Source of the DNA: Candidatus Omnitrophota bacterium
Lineage (GTDB): Bacteria > Omnitrophota > Omnitrophia > Omnitrophales > Aquincolibacteriaceae
Direction: 5' to 3'
Assembly: GCA_030698625.1 (NCBI GenBank)
Contig: JAUYMS010000041.1
Coordinates: forward strand, 11,314-75,313
Length of the DNA: 64,000 nucleotides
Under the pieces are notes generated by a model. It saw only the letters and a program-made list of their open reading frames with translations. It ran no database searches and had not been told where the DNA came from. Positions 48,173-56,901 of this stretch are shown here, in pieces; position 1 is the first letter of the stretch, and each line of letters begins with the position of its first letter. A program made the translations under genes and the position numbers.

Positions 48173-49575
48173 CGCGACCCCCGGCTCAGGCTTCTTTCCC
48201 ACTTCAAAATTTGCGAGCGAACTCTTTTCGGCTGCGTGCTTCCGATGGTTTTTTTTGCCGCCACCGATGTACGCGGTTGAAAGAGATCGTAAATATCGGA
48301 GTCAAAAACCTTTCCGTACCGCTTCCATTCGGGCAGGCTGAATTCGCGCATCGGCTTTTGCTCTTCGGCGCTGGCACGGACAATTCTACCGACGAGTTCG
48401 TGCGCCTCGGCAAACGGTACCGATTTGCGAACCAAATACTCGAGAATATCAGTAGCAAAAAGGACGTCGTCCTCGACCGAGGTTTCCATAGCCTTCCGAT
48501 TCCACTGAACCGACGCCAGGGTAAGCGCCAGAAGTTTGAGCGTGATACGGGTTTTCATAATGGCATCAAATACAGCCGGCTTGTCTTCCTGAAGGTCACG
48601 GTTGTATCCGAGAGGAAGCCCCTTCTGCATGGTCAGAAGTGCTTGTAGATGACCGAAGATAACACCGCTTCTGCCGCGAATAAGCTCAAAGATATCGGGG
48701 TTTTTCTTCTGCGGCATCAGACTCGAACCTGTAGCAAATTCATCGTCCAAATCGACAAACCCAAAGAACTCGCTGTTCCAGAGGATAAAGTCTTCAGAAA
48801 GCCGCGACAGATGTGTCCAAAGAATGGCCAGACCGCTCAGGAACTCGGTCAAAAACCCCCGATCGCTGACTGCGGCCAGACTATTTGTCGACACTTTCGA
48901 AAAGCCCAATTGACGCGCAAGATAGTCCTGATCAAGCTTCAGCGAAGAACCCGCCAGCGCGGCCGATCCCAAACTCAGGACATCGACCCGCTTCAGGCAA
49001 TCCACAAGACGCGCCCGATCCTCCTCGAACATTTCTACATAGGCCAGAAGGTGATGCGCCAAGAGCACCGGCTGCGCCTTTCTCATATGCGTCATACCCG
49101 CAATAATCGCCCCCGAAGACTTCTTTGCCGCCGCGATAAGACCGCGCTGGGCCTCTCGGATCAGTCCCTCAAGCTCGGGGATCTGCCCTTTTAGATAAAG
49201 TCGGGTCGAGGTCACAACGAGGTCATTGCGGCTGCGCCCGGTGTGAATCTTTTTGCCGACTTCACCCACCTTCTTCTCAAGTTGATCCTGAATAAGCGAG
49301 TGAATGTCTTCATACTTGCGAAGAAATTTAGACGGCACCGATTTGTGCGGATCTGCGGCGCAAAGCACCTTGCCCAGAGACTTTAATCCTCTGAGAAGGC
49401 GATTCATCTCGGGCCGCGTAATAAGCCGGACGCGAGCAAGCATCCTGACCCACGCATCATTGACTTTCAACTCCGCCTCCACCAACTTAAAATCAACGGA
49501 GAGGGAATAACTGAAGCACTTCAGGAGCGGATGCATTTCCTTTTTGAATCTTCCCCCCCACAACTTCTTAGACAT
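48169..49575 (-). CDS. argH: Argininosuccinate lyase
   Basis: LWGGRF, HTGRSRND, TGSSLMPQKKNPD, YNRDLQEDK. Confidence 0.98.
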   Translation of the reverse strand: MSKKLWGGRFKKEMHPLLKCFSYSLSVDFKLVEAELKVNDAWVRMLARVRLITRPEMNRLLRGLKSLGKVLCAADPHKSVPSKFLRKYEDIHSLIQDQLEKKVGEVGKKIHTGRSRNDLVVTSTRLYLKGQIPELEGLIREAQRGLIAAAKKSSGAIIAGMTHMRKAQPVLLAHHLLAYVEMFEEDRARLVDCLKRVDVLSLGSAALAGSSLKLDQDYLARQLGFSKVSTNSLAAVSDRGFLTEFLSGLAILWTHLSRLSEDFILWNSEFFGFVDLDDEFATGSSLMPQKKNPDIFELIRGRSGVIFGHLQALLTMQKGLPLGYNRDLQEDKPAVFDAIMKTRITLKLLALTLASVQWNRKAMETSVEDDVLFATDILEYLVRKSVPFAEAHELVGRIVRASAEEQKPMREFSLPEWKRYGKVFDSDIYDLFQPRTSVAAKKTIGSTQPKRVRSQILKWERSLSRGSR

Positions 49576-49603
49576 AAAAACCTCCGGCTATTGTGTCACG
49601 TTT

Positions 49604-50791
49604 CTAACGTCTTTTAGCCATTCCTTCGTACGGTAGGCCCCAGACCTTCATGAAGCCTTCTGCGGCCTTATGGTCGAACTGATCGTCAGCGGAATACGTT
49701 GCGAGCTTTTCCGAATAGAGCGAGTAAGAGGACTCTCTCCCCACGCAGGTCGCATGTCCCCGGTCGAGTTTGATTCGAATCCGGCCGGTAACGCGCCGCT
49801 GATTCGACTTGAAAAATTGATCCAACGCCTGCTTCAGGGGTGAAAACCAAAGCCCGAAGTAAACGAGTTGGGCATATTTCTCCGATACCACTCGCTTGTA
49901 ATGGATAAACTCTCGATCCATAACCATGGATTCGAGTTCGCTATGCGCCTGAAGCAGAACTTCGGCAGCGGGTGCCTCGTAAATCTCTCGGCTCTTAATG
50001 CCGACAAGCCGGTTTTCGATCATGTCGAACCGCCCGACACCGTAAATGCCGGCAATCCGATTGAGGGACTCGATCATGTCCACCAAGGATTTGTGAACAC
50101 CGTTAAGCTTGACGGGCACCCCGCGCGAAAACTCGATCGTGATGTATCTCGGCTTTTTCGGCGTCTTCGCCGGAGACCGGGTCATGACATAGGCGTCTTC
50201 GGGCGGCTCCGTCCAGGGATTTTCCAAAATGCCTGCCTCGATGGCAATTCCCCATATGTTCTTGTCAATAGAGTACGGGCTCGCCTTTGTGGCATCCACC
50301 GGGATTTTATGCTTTCTCGCATAATCGATCTCCTCTTCGCGCGAGCTGAATTCCCACACGCGAAGCGGGGCGATAATCTTAAGTTTCGGGTTTAGCGTAC
50401 GGATACCAACTTCGATGCGCACCTGGTCGTTACCCTTGCCGGTACAACCGTGCGCCACATAATCCGCCTTTTCCTTTTCAGCAATCCGTGCCAGATGTTT
50501 GGCGATCAGCGGCCGGCCGATAGCCGTTGCCAACGGGTATTTGCCTTCATAGCGGGCATGCGCCCAAAGCGACGGCAGAATAAAGTCCCGAGCAAACTCC
50601 GTTTTGAGATTCTCAACATAGGTCTTGCTGGCGCCGGCCTGACGCGCCCTACGGCGCAGTTTCTCCGGGTCCTTCACTTCACCGATAAAAGCCGAGAAGC
50701 AAATGACTTCGAGGCGGTATTTTTCCTTCAGCCATTTGACCGCGCATGACGTATCCAATCCACCCGAGTAAGCAAGCACTACCTTTTTCAT
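49604..50791 (-). CDS. argG: Argininosuccinate synthase
   Basis: KVVLAYSGGLDTS, HGCTGKGNDQVR, ENRLVGIKSRE.YEAP. Start set at MKKVV. Confidence 0.98.
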   Translation of the reverse strand: MKKVVLAYSGGLDTSCAVKWLKEKYRLEVICFSAFIGEVKDPEKLRRRARQAGASKTYVENLKTEFARDFILPSLWAHARYEGKYPLATAIGRPLIAKHLARIAEKEKADYVAHGCTGKGNDQVRIEVGIRTLNPKLKIIAPLRVWEFSSREEEIDYARKHKIPVDATKASPYSIDKNIWGIAIEAGILENPWTEPPEDAYVMTRSPAKTPKKPRYITIEFSRGVPVKLNGVHKSLVDMIESLNRIAGIYGVGRFDMIENRLVGIKSREIYEAPAAEVLLQAHSELESMVMDREFIHYKRVVSEKYAQLVYFGLWFSPLKQALDQFFKSNQRRVTGRIRIKLDRGHATCVGRESSYSLYSEKLATYSADDQFDHKAAEGFMKVWGLPYEGMAKRR

Positions 50792-50798
50792 AATCACC

Positions 50799-51716
50799 TC
50801 AACTGCAAAGATGCAGTAATATTGCCTTCTGTATGTGTAATCTGTTTTCAGCCTGTTCAAAAACAATCGACTTTTTCGATTCTATCACGCCGTCGGTTAT
50901 TTCCTCACCGCGGTGAGCCGGAAGGCAATGCATCACGAAGGGCTGCCTCCGGCATCGTGCGAGCAGTTTCGGATTAATCTGATAGGTCTCAAACGCCTTA
51001 CTTTTCTTGGCGCTGTCTTTTTCCTGCCCCATGCTCACCCACACGTCCGTATAAACAAAATCAGCATCGCGCACGGCATCTTTAGGATCTTCAAAAGCCT
51101 CAATCCGGGCGCCCGTTCGCTTTGCAACTTGCTTGGCGTCACGACAAATTGAGGCGGGCGGGCTGTGCTTTTTCGGCGTCGCATAGTTAAGCGGCATACC
51201 GAGCTTGGCGGCAAGCAGTATCAGTGAATTTAACACGTTGTTGCCATCGCCGATAAACGTGAGCACGGGCTTTCTCTTGGTCGAACGAAACTTAGATAAC
51301 ATGGTGAAATAGTCCCCCAAAGCCTGGCAGGGGTGCTCCCAATCGCTGAGGCCGTTAATGATCGGCTTAGAGAAGTATTGCCGAAACTCAACGATTGTCT
51401 TATGTGAAAACGTTCTGAGCACGACGCCTGCAAGGTACCGTTCCAAAACCCGGGCGACATCCTTGATTTCTTCCCGGGCTCCGAGTTTAATATCCTGCGG
51501 GCCAAGATAAATCGTTCCGGCTCCCATAGAAAACAACCCCGCATCGAACGAAACCCAAGTCCGCGTAGAGGGTTTTTCGAAAATGAGCCCGAACATTTTT
51601 CCGCGAAGCGACCCCTCAAGCTGTTCCGGATGTTTCTTCCCTTGCTCGGCCAGAGCGAATATGTCCTCGATGCTTTTCACACTCAAATCATTGATCGACA
51701 GCAAACTCTTTGACAT
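50799..51716 (-). CDS. argF: Ornithine carbamoyltransferase
   Basis: FEKPSTRT, HPCQAL, YTDVWVSMG, HCLPAHRG. Confidence 0.97.
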   Translation of the reverse strand: MSKSLLSINDLSVKSIEDIFALAEQGKKHPEQLEGSLRGKMFGLIFEKPSTRTWVSFDAGLFSMGAGTIYLGPQDIKLGAREEIKDVARVLERYLAGVVLRTFSHKTIVEFRQYFSKPIINGLSDWEHPCQALGDYFTMLSKFRSTKRKPVLTFIGDGNNVLNSLILLAAKLGMPLNYATPKKHSPPASICRDAKQVAKRTGARIEAFEDPKDAVRDADFVYTDVWVSMGQEKDSAKKSKAFETYQINPKLLARCRRQPFVMHCLPAHRGEEITDGVIESKKSIVFEQAENRLHIQKAILLHLCS

Positions 51717-51718
51717 GA

Positions 51719-52903
51719 TTACGGCACCTCAGCAAGAACATCTCTAAGAATCGCCATCGCTTGACTGATAAGCTTCTTTGTCACATTAATAGCGGGCATA
51801 ATTCTCAGCACCTTATCCTGCGTGCAATTAATCAGCAGCCCGTTCTGCCGTGCTTTATCCACGATTGCGACTCCCGAGACACTCAACTCGATACCCCGCA
51901 TTAACGCAAGGCCCCTAATCTCTTTGATAAATGAGAACTCCCCCTTGAGCTTCTCCAAAGAAGCCGCAAGATAATCGCCCATTTCCTGCGCATTTCTTAA
52001 TAGGCCCTTTGATTTGATCACGTCAAAAACGGCTAGGGCAGCTGCGGTCACCAGCGGATTCCCTCCGTAGGTCGCCGCATGGGTTCCCGGCGTAAAGACC
52101 TCGGGCAATTTCCTATGCGCCACAAGAGCTCCGATCGGCACACCGCCGCCGAGAGATTTCGCCAGTGTCATGAGATCGGGTTCAATCCCGTAGTGTTGAA
52201 ATCCGAACATCTTTCCCGTGCGGCCCATGCCCGTTTGCACTTCATCAAGTATGAGGAGCAGGTTTTTCTCGTCGCAGAGCTTACGGAGCCCGCGCATAAA
52301 TTCCTGCGTTGCGACATGCACTCCCCCTTCACCCTGAACCGGCTCCAAAAAAACAGCGACCGTCTTGTCATTGATCAGGCTCTTCACCGAATCAAGATTA
52401 TTGAATTCGGCATACACAAAACCCCCGGGTAAAGGCGCAAAACCATGCTTCACTTTGTCCTGGCCAGTGGCCGTAATGGCCGCCAAGGTTCGTCCGTGAA
52501 ACGAGTTTTTCATCGAAATGATTTCATAGCGACCGCTTACGCTGCCAAACTTGCGCGCAAATTTCACGGCAGCTTCCGTGGCCTCGGCTCCGCTCGAGCA
52601 AAAAAAAGCACGCCCGTCAAAGGAGGCTTCCACCAGGGTACGCGCTAATTGGGCCTGCTTCAAATTGAAATAGTTATTCGGGACATGCAGTATCTTTCGC
52701 GATTGCTCTTTAATCGCATTGACGACGGCCGGGGGGCAATGGCCGAGGCCGGAAACCGCCCAACCGGGAAAGAAATCGAGGTACTCGCGATTTTCGATAT
52801 CCCATACGCGCGACCCCTTCCCCTTGACCAAACAGAGGGGTGCCTGTGTGTAGGTGGGTAAAACGAACTTAGAATAGAGATTTTGAACGTCAGCTGTTTT
52901 CAT
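51719..52903 (-). CDS. argD: Acetylornithine aminotransferase
   Basis: SGAEA.E.A.K, FHGRT, EPVQGEGG, DEVQTG.GRTG, LAK.LGGG; arg operon context. Confidence 0.93.
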   Translation of the reverse strand: MKTADVQNLYSKFVLPTYTQAPLCLVKGKGSRVWDIENREYLDFFPGWAVSGLGHCPPAVVNAIKEQSRKILHVPNNYFNLKQAQLARTLVEASFDGRAFFCSSGAEATEAAVKFARKFGSVSGRYEIISMKNSFHGRTLAAITATGQDKVKHGFAPLPGGFVYAEFNNLDSVKSLINDKTVAVFLEPVQGEGGVHVATQEFMRGLRKLCDEKNLLLILDEVQTGMGRTGKMFGFQHYGIEPDLMTLAKSLGGGVPIGALVAHRKLPEVFTPGTHAATYGGNPLVTAAALAVFDVIKSKGLLRNAQEMGDYLAASLEKLKGEFSFIKEIRGLALMRGIELSVSGVAIVDKARQNGLLINCTQDKVLRIMPAINVTKKLISQAMAILRDVLAEVP

Positions 52904-52917
52904 GGAGCGAAAGCCTT

Positions 52918-53781
52918 CTAGACGATGATTTCGGTGCCGATTCCTCGGTCGGTGAAAACTTCCAGCAAAAGAGCATGTTCGATGCGGCCGTCAATGATGT
53001 GCGCCTTGCGCACGCCGCCTTCGAGAGCCGTAATGCAAGACTTCACTTTAGGGATCATGCCCCCTTGAATCACCTTTTTCTTTATCAGTTCCTCAGCTTC
53101 GTCGGCATGAAGGGACGAGATGAGGGAATCCTCGTCATCGGCTTGACGCAGAATGCCTTGCACGTTAGTAAGAACCATTAGTTTCTGAACACCCATGGCC
53201 ACGGCGATCTTTGCGGCAGCATCATCAGCATTGACGTTGTATGTCTCGCCCTCATCGCCGCGGCCGACCGGATAGATCACGGGGATAATATTGCGGTCCG
53301 TCAGTTCTTTCAGCGGGAGAATATTCACGGACGTGACATCGCCGACATAACCGACATCACCGTGGTCCGTATGCTTGACAACATTTAAAATTCCGGCATC
53401 ATGCCCTGAAAGACCTCTCGCTTGCGCTCCGAACCGATTTAGATCGTCAACGATACTTTTATTAATGTCGGCCAGCGTATCAACAACCGTGTCCATGGTC
53501 TCCTTGTCGGTAACCCTTAGGCCATGCACAAAGTTACTTTTGACACCCCTCTTCTTCAAGTTTTCCGTAATTGCCGGCCCCCCGCCGTGAATAAGGATCG
53601 GCTTAATGCCCACATAGTTCATGAACACCAAGTCATGCAGAACGTTGTTACGAATGCTCTCGTAGGTCATGGCGGCACCGCCGTACTTAATGAGAACTTC
53701 CTTGCCGCGGAATTTCTTGATGTACGGTAAGGCCTCGATGAGGATGCTGGCTTTGTCGACGTATTCTTGCATAAGCTTCAC
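52918..53781 (-). CDS. argB: Acetylglutamate kinase
   Basis: EALPYI..F, KYGG.AM, HGGGP, GLRVTD, N.NAD, GGMIPK. Confidence 0.97.
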   Translation of the reverse strand: MKLMQEYVDKASILIEALPYIKKFRGKEVLIKYGGAAMTYESIRNNVLHDLVFMNYVGIKPILIHGGGPAITENLKKRGVKSNFVHGLRVTDKETMDTVVDTLADINKSIVDDLNRFGAQARGLSGHDAGILNVVKHTDHGDVGYVGDVTSVNILPLKELTDRNIIPVIYPVGRGDEGETYNVNADDAAAKIAVAMGVQKLMVLTNVQGILRQADDEDSLISSLHADEAEELIKKKVIQGGMIPKVKSCITALEGGVRKAHIIDGRIEHALLLEVFTDRGIGTEIIV

Positions 53782-55004
53782 GAGTAGGCCGAATTGATCA
53801 AAACGTATTTGGTCGTCAGGTCAGACGTAATAAACTCGGCTCGCCCCCTTCCTTTACCGATGGCAACATCGATCGCGTATTCTCTGCGCCGGAGAACCTT
53901 TCTCGCCTTCGGGAGCTTTGATGCGCGGAGTATTCCGCCCGCCACAGTCGTCACATTGCCAAAAGATATATTTAGATGGTTCGGATTAAACTGCACGCCG
54001 CTTGCACCGACGGCTGCTGCGATTCTTCCCCAATTGGGGTCTGCACCCGCAAGCATAGTTTTAAAGAGCATCGAATTCGCAATATACCGGGCGGCCTTCT
54101 CCGCCTGAGTCGGGTTTTTGGCACCCCGCACTCGCAGCGTACAAACGTGAGAGACCCCTTCGCCGTCGCGCACCATCTCGTAAGCCATAATCCGACAGAC
54201 TTCCTCTAGTGCATCCCGGAATAACCGGTAGTCTCGATCCACTTTATGAATCGTCTGATTCATGGCCAAGCCGTTGGCCAGCACAAAAACCATATCGTTT
54301 GTGCTCATGTCATTGTCGATCGCAATCTGATTGAACGTGTCGTCGGTCGCGTGCCGTATCGCCCGCCTCAGCATCGGTTTTGCAATAGAGCAGTCGGTGG
54401 TGATAAATGCCAACATCGTCGCCATGTTCGGGTGCACCATCCCCGAGCCTTTCGCTACGGCCCCGATCGTTACCTTCTGATCACCGATATAGAACGACAG
54501 CGCCATCTCTTTGATCCTCTTGTCCGTGGTCAACAAACCCCTCGCTGCAGCGTGACCGCCCTTTTCCTCCTCAGACAGCCGCCGCACCATGCGCTTAATT
54601 CCCCTTTTAAACCGTGTGATGGGAAACCGCACGCCGATCAGACCAGTTTGGGCAATGAGGATTTCCTCCCGCTCAATTTTCAGCAGCTGCGCCGCAGTAG
54701 CCACGGCCTCATCAACGGCTTCTCTGCCTTGAGACCCGTTGATGCAGTTGGCATTGCCGCTGGAGCAAAGAATGGCATGATGCCGCGCTTCGCGAACGGC
54801 ACGCATGGAATAGAGTACCGGCCATGCCTTCAGACGATTTGTCGTAAAGGTTCCCGCCGCTACGCAGGGGGTGGGCGAATAGATGAGAGCGGAATCGTAC
54901 TTTTTCCTGTTGCGCTTGATGCCGCAATGCACGCCGCTTGCAAAAAATCCCTTCGGGCTCGTGACCGTGCCTCCCCGCTTCTTCTCCCAAAATGGCTTTA
55001 CCAT
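53778..55004 (-). CDS. argJ: Bifunctional ornithine acetyltransferase/N-acetylglutamate synthase
   Basis: GNAN, KGSGM.HPNMATML, STND, RDGEG, DPNWGR. Confidence 0.97.
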   Translation of the reverse strand: MVKPFWEKKRGGTVTSPKGFFASGVHCGIKRNRKKYDSALIYSPTPCVAAGTFTTNRLKAWPVLYSMRAVREARHHAILCSSGNANCINGSQGREAVDEAVATAAQLLKIEREEILIAQTGLIGVRFPITRFKRGIKRMVRRLSEEEKGGHAAARGLLTTDKRIKEMALSFYIGDQKVTIGAVAKGSGMVHPNMATMLAFITTDCSIAKPMLRRAIRHATDDTFNQIAIDNDMSTNDMVFVLANGLAMNQTIHKVDRDYRLFRDALEEVCRIMAYEMVRDGEGVSHVCTLRVRGAKNPTQAEKAARYIANSMLFKTMLAGADPNWGRIAAAVGASGVQFNPNHLNISFGNVTTVAGGILRASKLPKARKVLRRREYAIDVAIGKGRGRAEFITSDLTTKYVLINSAYS

Positions 55005-56026
55005 GTTCTTAAACCCTCGTCTTCCTCGAACCCCATTCGAATGTTCATGTTTTGCACTGCCTGCCCCGAGGCCCCCTTGATAAGATTATCGATTGCCGTT
55101 ATGACAATAACCCGGCCGGCTCGGAGATCCACGTTATAACCGATATCGCAGAAGTTCGTGCCCCTGACATCGGCCAGGGCCGGAAACACGTTTTCGCCCC
55201 GCACCCGCACGAACGGCTCCGCAGCATAGGCCTCTTTATACGCCTCCTTGATGACATTTGCCCGGACCTTCTTCTTCAGATCGAGGTAGATCGTGCTCAG
55301 AATCCCTCTTTGCACGGGCAACAGATGCGGCACGAAATTCACCCTCACCCCGTTGCCGGCAACATCCGAGAGAACCTGTTCGATCTCAGGAGTATGTTGA
55401 TGCCTATTCACACGATAAGCGTAAAAATTTTCATTGACCTCACAGAACTGTGTTGCCGTAGTCGGTTTCCTTCCCGCGCCACTCACACCCGATTTCGAAT
55501 CGATAATGATCGACTCCCGCTCAATCAGATCCTTGCCGAGAAGCGGCGCAATCCCGAGAATGGCACCCGTCGGGTAGCAGCCCGGATTCGCAATGAGATC
55601 CGCCTTCTGGATATGTTTTCGGTTTAATTCCGGCAGGCCATAAACGGCTTCTTTGAGCAAATGGACGGCTCGGTGTTTCTTCTGATACCATTTTTCATAA
55701 ACATTCGGACTCTTGATACGAAAATCCGCCGAAAGATCGATGACCGTCTTACCGGCTCTGCGCAAACGAGCCGCGGTAGACATAGCCTCCGTATGGGGCA
55801 GACAGAGAAATGCAACATCCACGTTCCTTTTAATGCGGTCGAATGAAAAGGGCCGCACCTGCAACCCAATGTCCTCCGGGAGTCCGGGCACGAGCGTACG
55901 AACGGAAAAGGGCTGAGTCTTGCGAGTCGTCAGTTCCGTGAGATTTACGCCCGAATGCCGCAGAAGTATTTTAATTAATTCAATTCCCGTATAGCCGGTA
56001 GCACCGACTACGCCGCAACGTATCAT
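54998..56026 (-). CDS. argC: N-acetyl-gamma-glutamyl-phosphate reductase
   Basis: GATGYTG.EL, DLSADFR, ANPGCYPT, SGVSGAGR, DNL.KGASGQAVQN.N. Confidence 0.98.
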   Translation of the reverse strand: MIRCGVVGATGYTGIELIKILLRHSGVNLTELTTRKTQPFSVRTLVPGLPEDIGLQVRPFSFDRIKRNVDVAFLCLPHTEAMSTAARLRRAGKTVIDLSADFRIKSPNVYEKWYQKKHRAVHLLKEAVYGLPELNRKHIQKADLIANPGCYPTGAILGIAPLLGKDLIERESIIIDSKSGVSGAGRKPTTATQFCEVNENFYAYRVNRHQHTPEIEQVLSDVAGNGVRVNFVPHLLPVQRGILSTIYLDLKKKVRANVIKEAYKEAYAAEPFVRVRGENVFPALADVRGTNFCDIGYNVDLRAGRVIVITAIDNLIKGASGQAVQNMNIRMGFEEDEGLRTW

Positions 56027-56074
56027 TTTTCTTGAAACTCCCTAGGTTCCAGTTCCAGCTGTGGAGATTCGGTG

Positions 56075-56104
56075 ATTATAAAAAATGCGCCTATCCATTG
56101 TCAA
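56075..56104 (-). promoter_or_regulatory. Consensus sigma70 promoter for the arg operon (TTGACA-18-TATAAT)
   Basis: Perfect hexamers at 56104-56099 and 56080-56075. Confidence 0.75.
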
Positions 56105-56166
56105 TTTAATAAGTTACGCTGTTTTTTTATTGACTTTTTACCCACAAGAATCTACCCTGAGGGTCC

Positions 56167-56901
56167 ATGGCCCCAAAAAACACACCGTCTATCGCCATAA
56201 ATGCCAAGAAAGCCCTTAAGATCCGCTTCAACAAGAACGCCCTTCTGGAGGCCGCTCTCACCCACCCTTCATACCGTAACGAAAACCGCTGCCCGAAACT
56301 TGATAATTTCGACCGCATGGAGTTCTTCGGTGATGCCGTTCTCAACTACATCATCTGCCGGAAACTCTACACGCTCTTTCCGGACGCGGACGAAGGGCAG
56401 CTAAGCCGTCTCCGTTCCACGCTTGTCTCCAGAAGAATTCTCTCGCGCATCGCAAAAGATCTGGGCCTAGCCAATGTGATGCTGCTCGGTAAAAGTCTCA
56501 GACGCCAATCCGCCAGCGTAAAGTCCAAAGTCCTTGCCGACACGTTCGAAGCGGTCATTGCCGCTGTCTACCTCGACCAGGGTTTAGCGCGCGTCCAAAA
56601 GTTTATCTTAGACCATTTTACGGGCTACTTCGATGCCAAGCGCCTGCTCAGACTCGACCCCAATCCAAAAAGTCTTCTCCAGGAAATATGCCAAAAACAC
56701 TGGCAGAAGCTTCCTCAATACGCCCGCAGCCAGGGCACTCGCGGCATTAAAACTGAGATTCGAGTTCGACCGGGAGTTAACATTCTTGCCTGGGGAAGGA
56801 CTCGTCGTGCTTCGGAAGAAAAGGCGGCACGGCTTTTAATCCGAAAAATTCGTCAGAGATTTTCGCGGCCTTTGAAGAAAAGCTCTTCCGGCAAGAAGTG
56901 A
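56167..56901 (+). CDS. rnc: Ribonuclease III
   Basis: ALTH.SY, DRMEFFGDAVL, EGQLSRLR, ADTFEA...A.YLD, dsRBD NPKS.LQE. Confidence 0.95.
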   Translation: MAPKNTPSIAINAKKALKIRFNKNALLEAALTHPSYRNENRCPKLDNFDRMEFFGDAVLNYIICRKLYTLFPDADEGQLSRLRSTLVSRRILSRIAKDLGLANVMLLGKSLRRQSASVKSKVLADTFEAVIAAVYLDQGLARVQKFILDHFTGYFDAKRLLRLDPNPKSLLQEICQKHWQKLPQYARSQGTRGIKTEIRVRPGVNILAWGRTRRASEEKAARLLIRKIRQRFSRPLKKSSSGKK

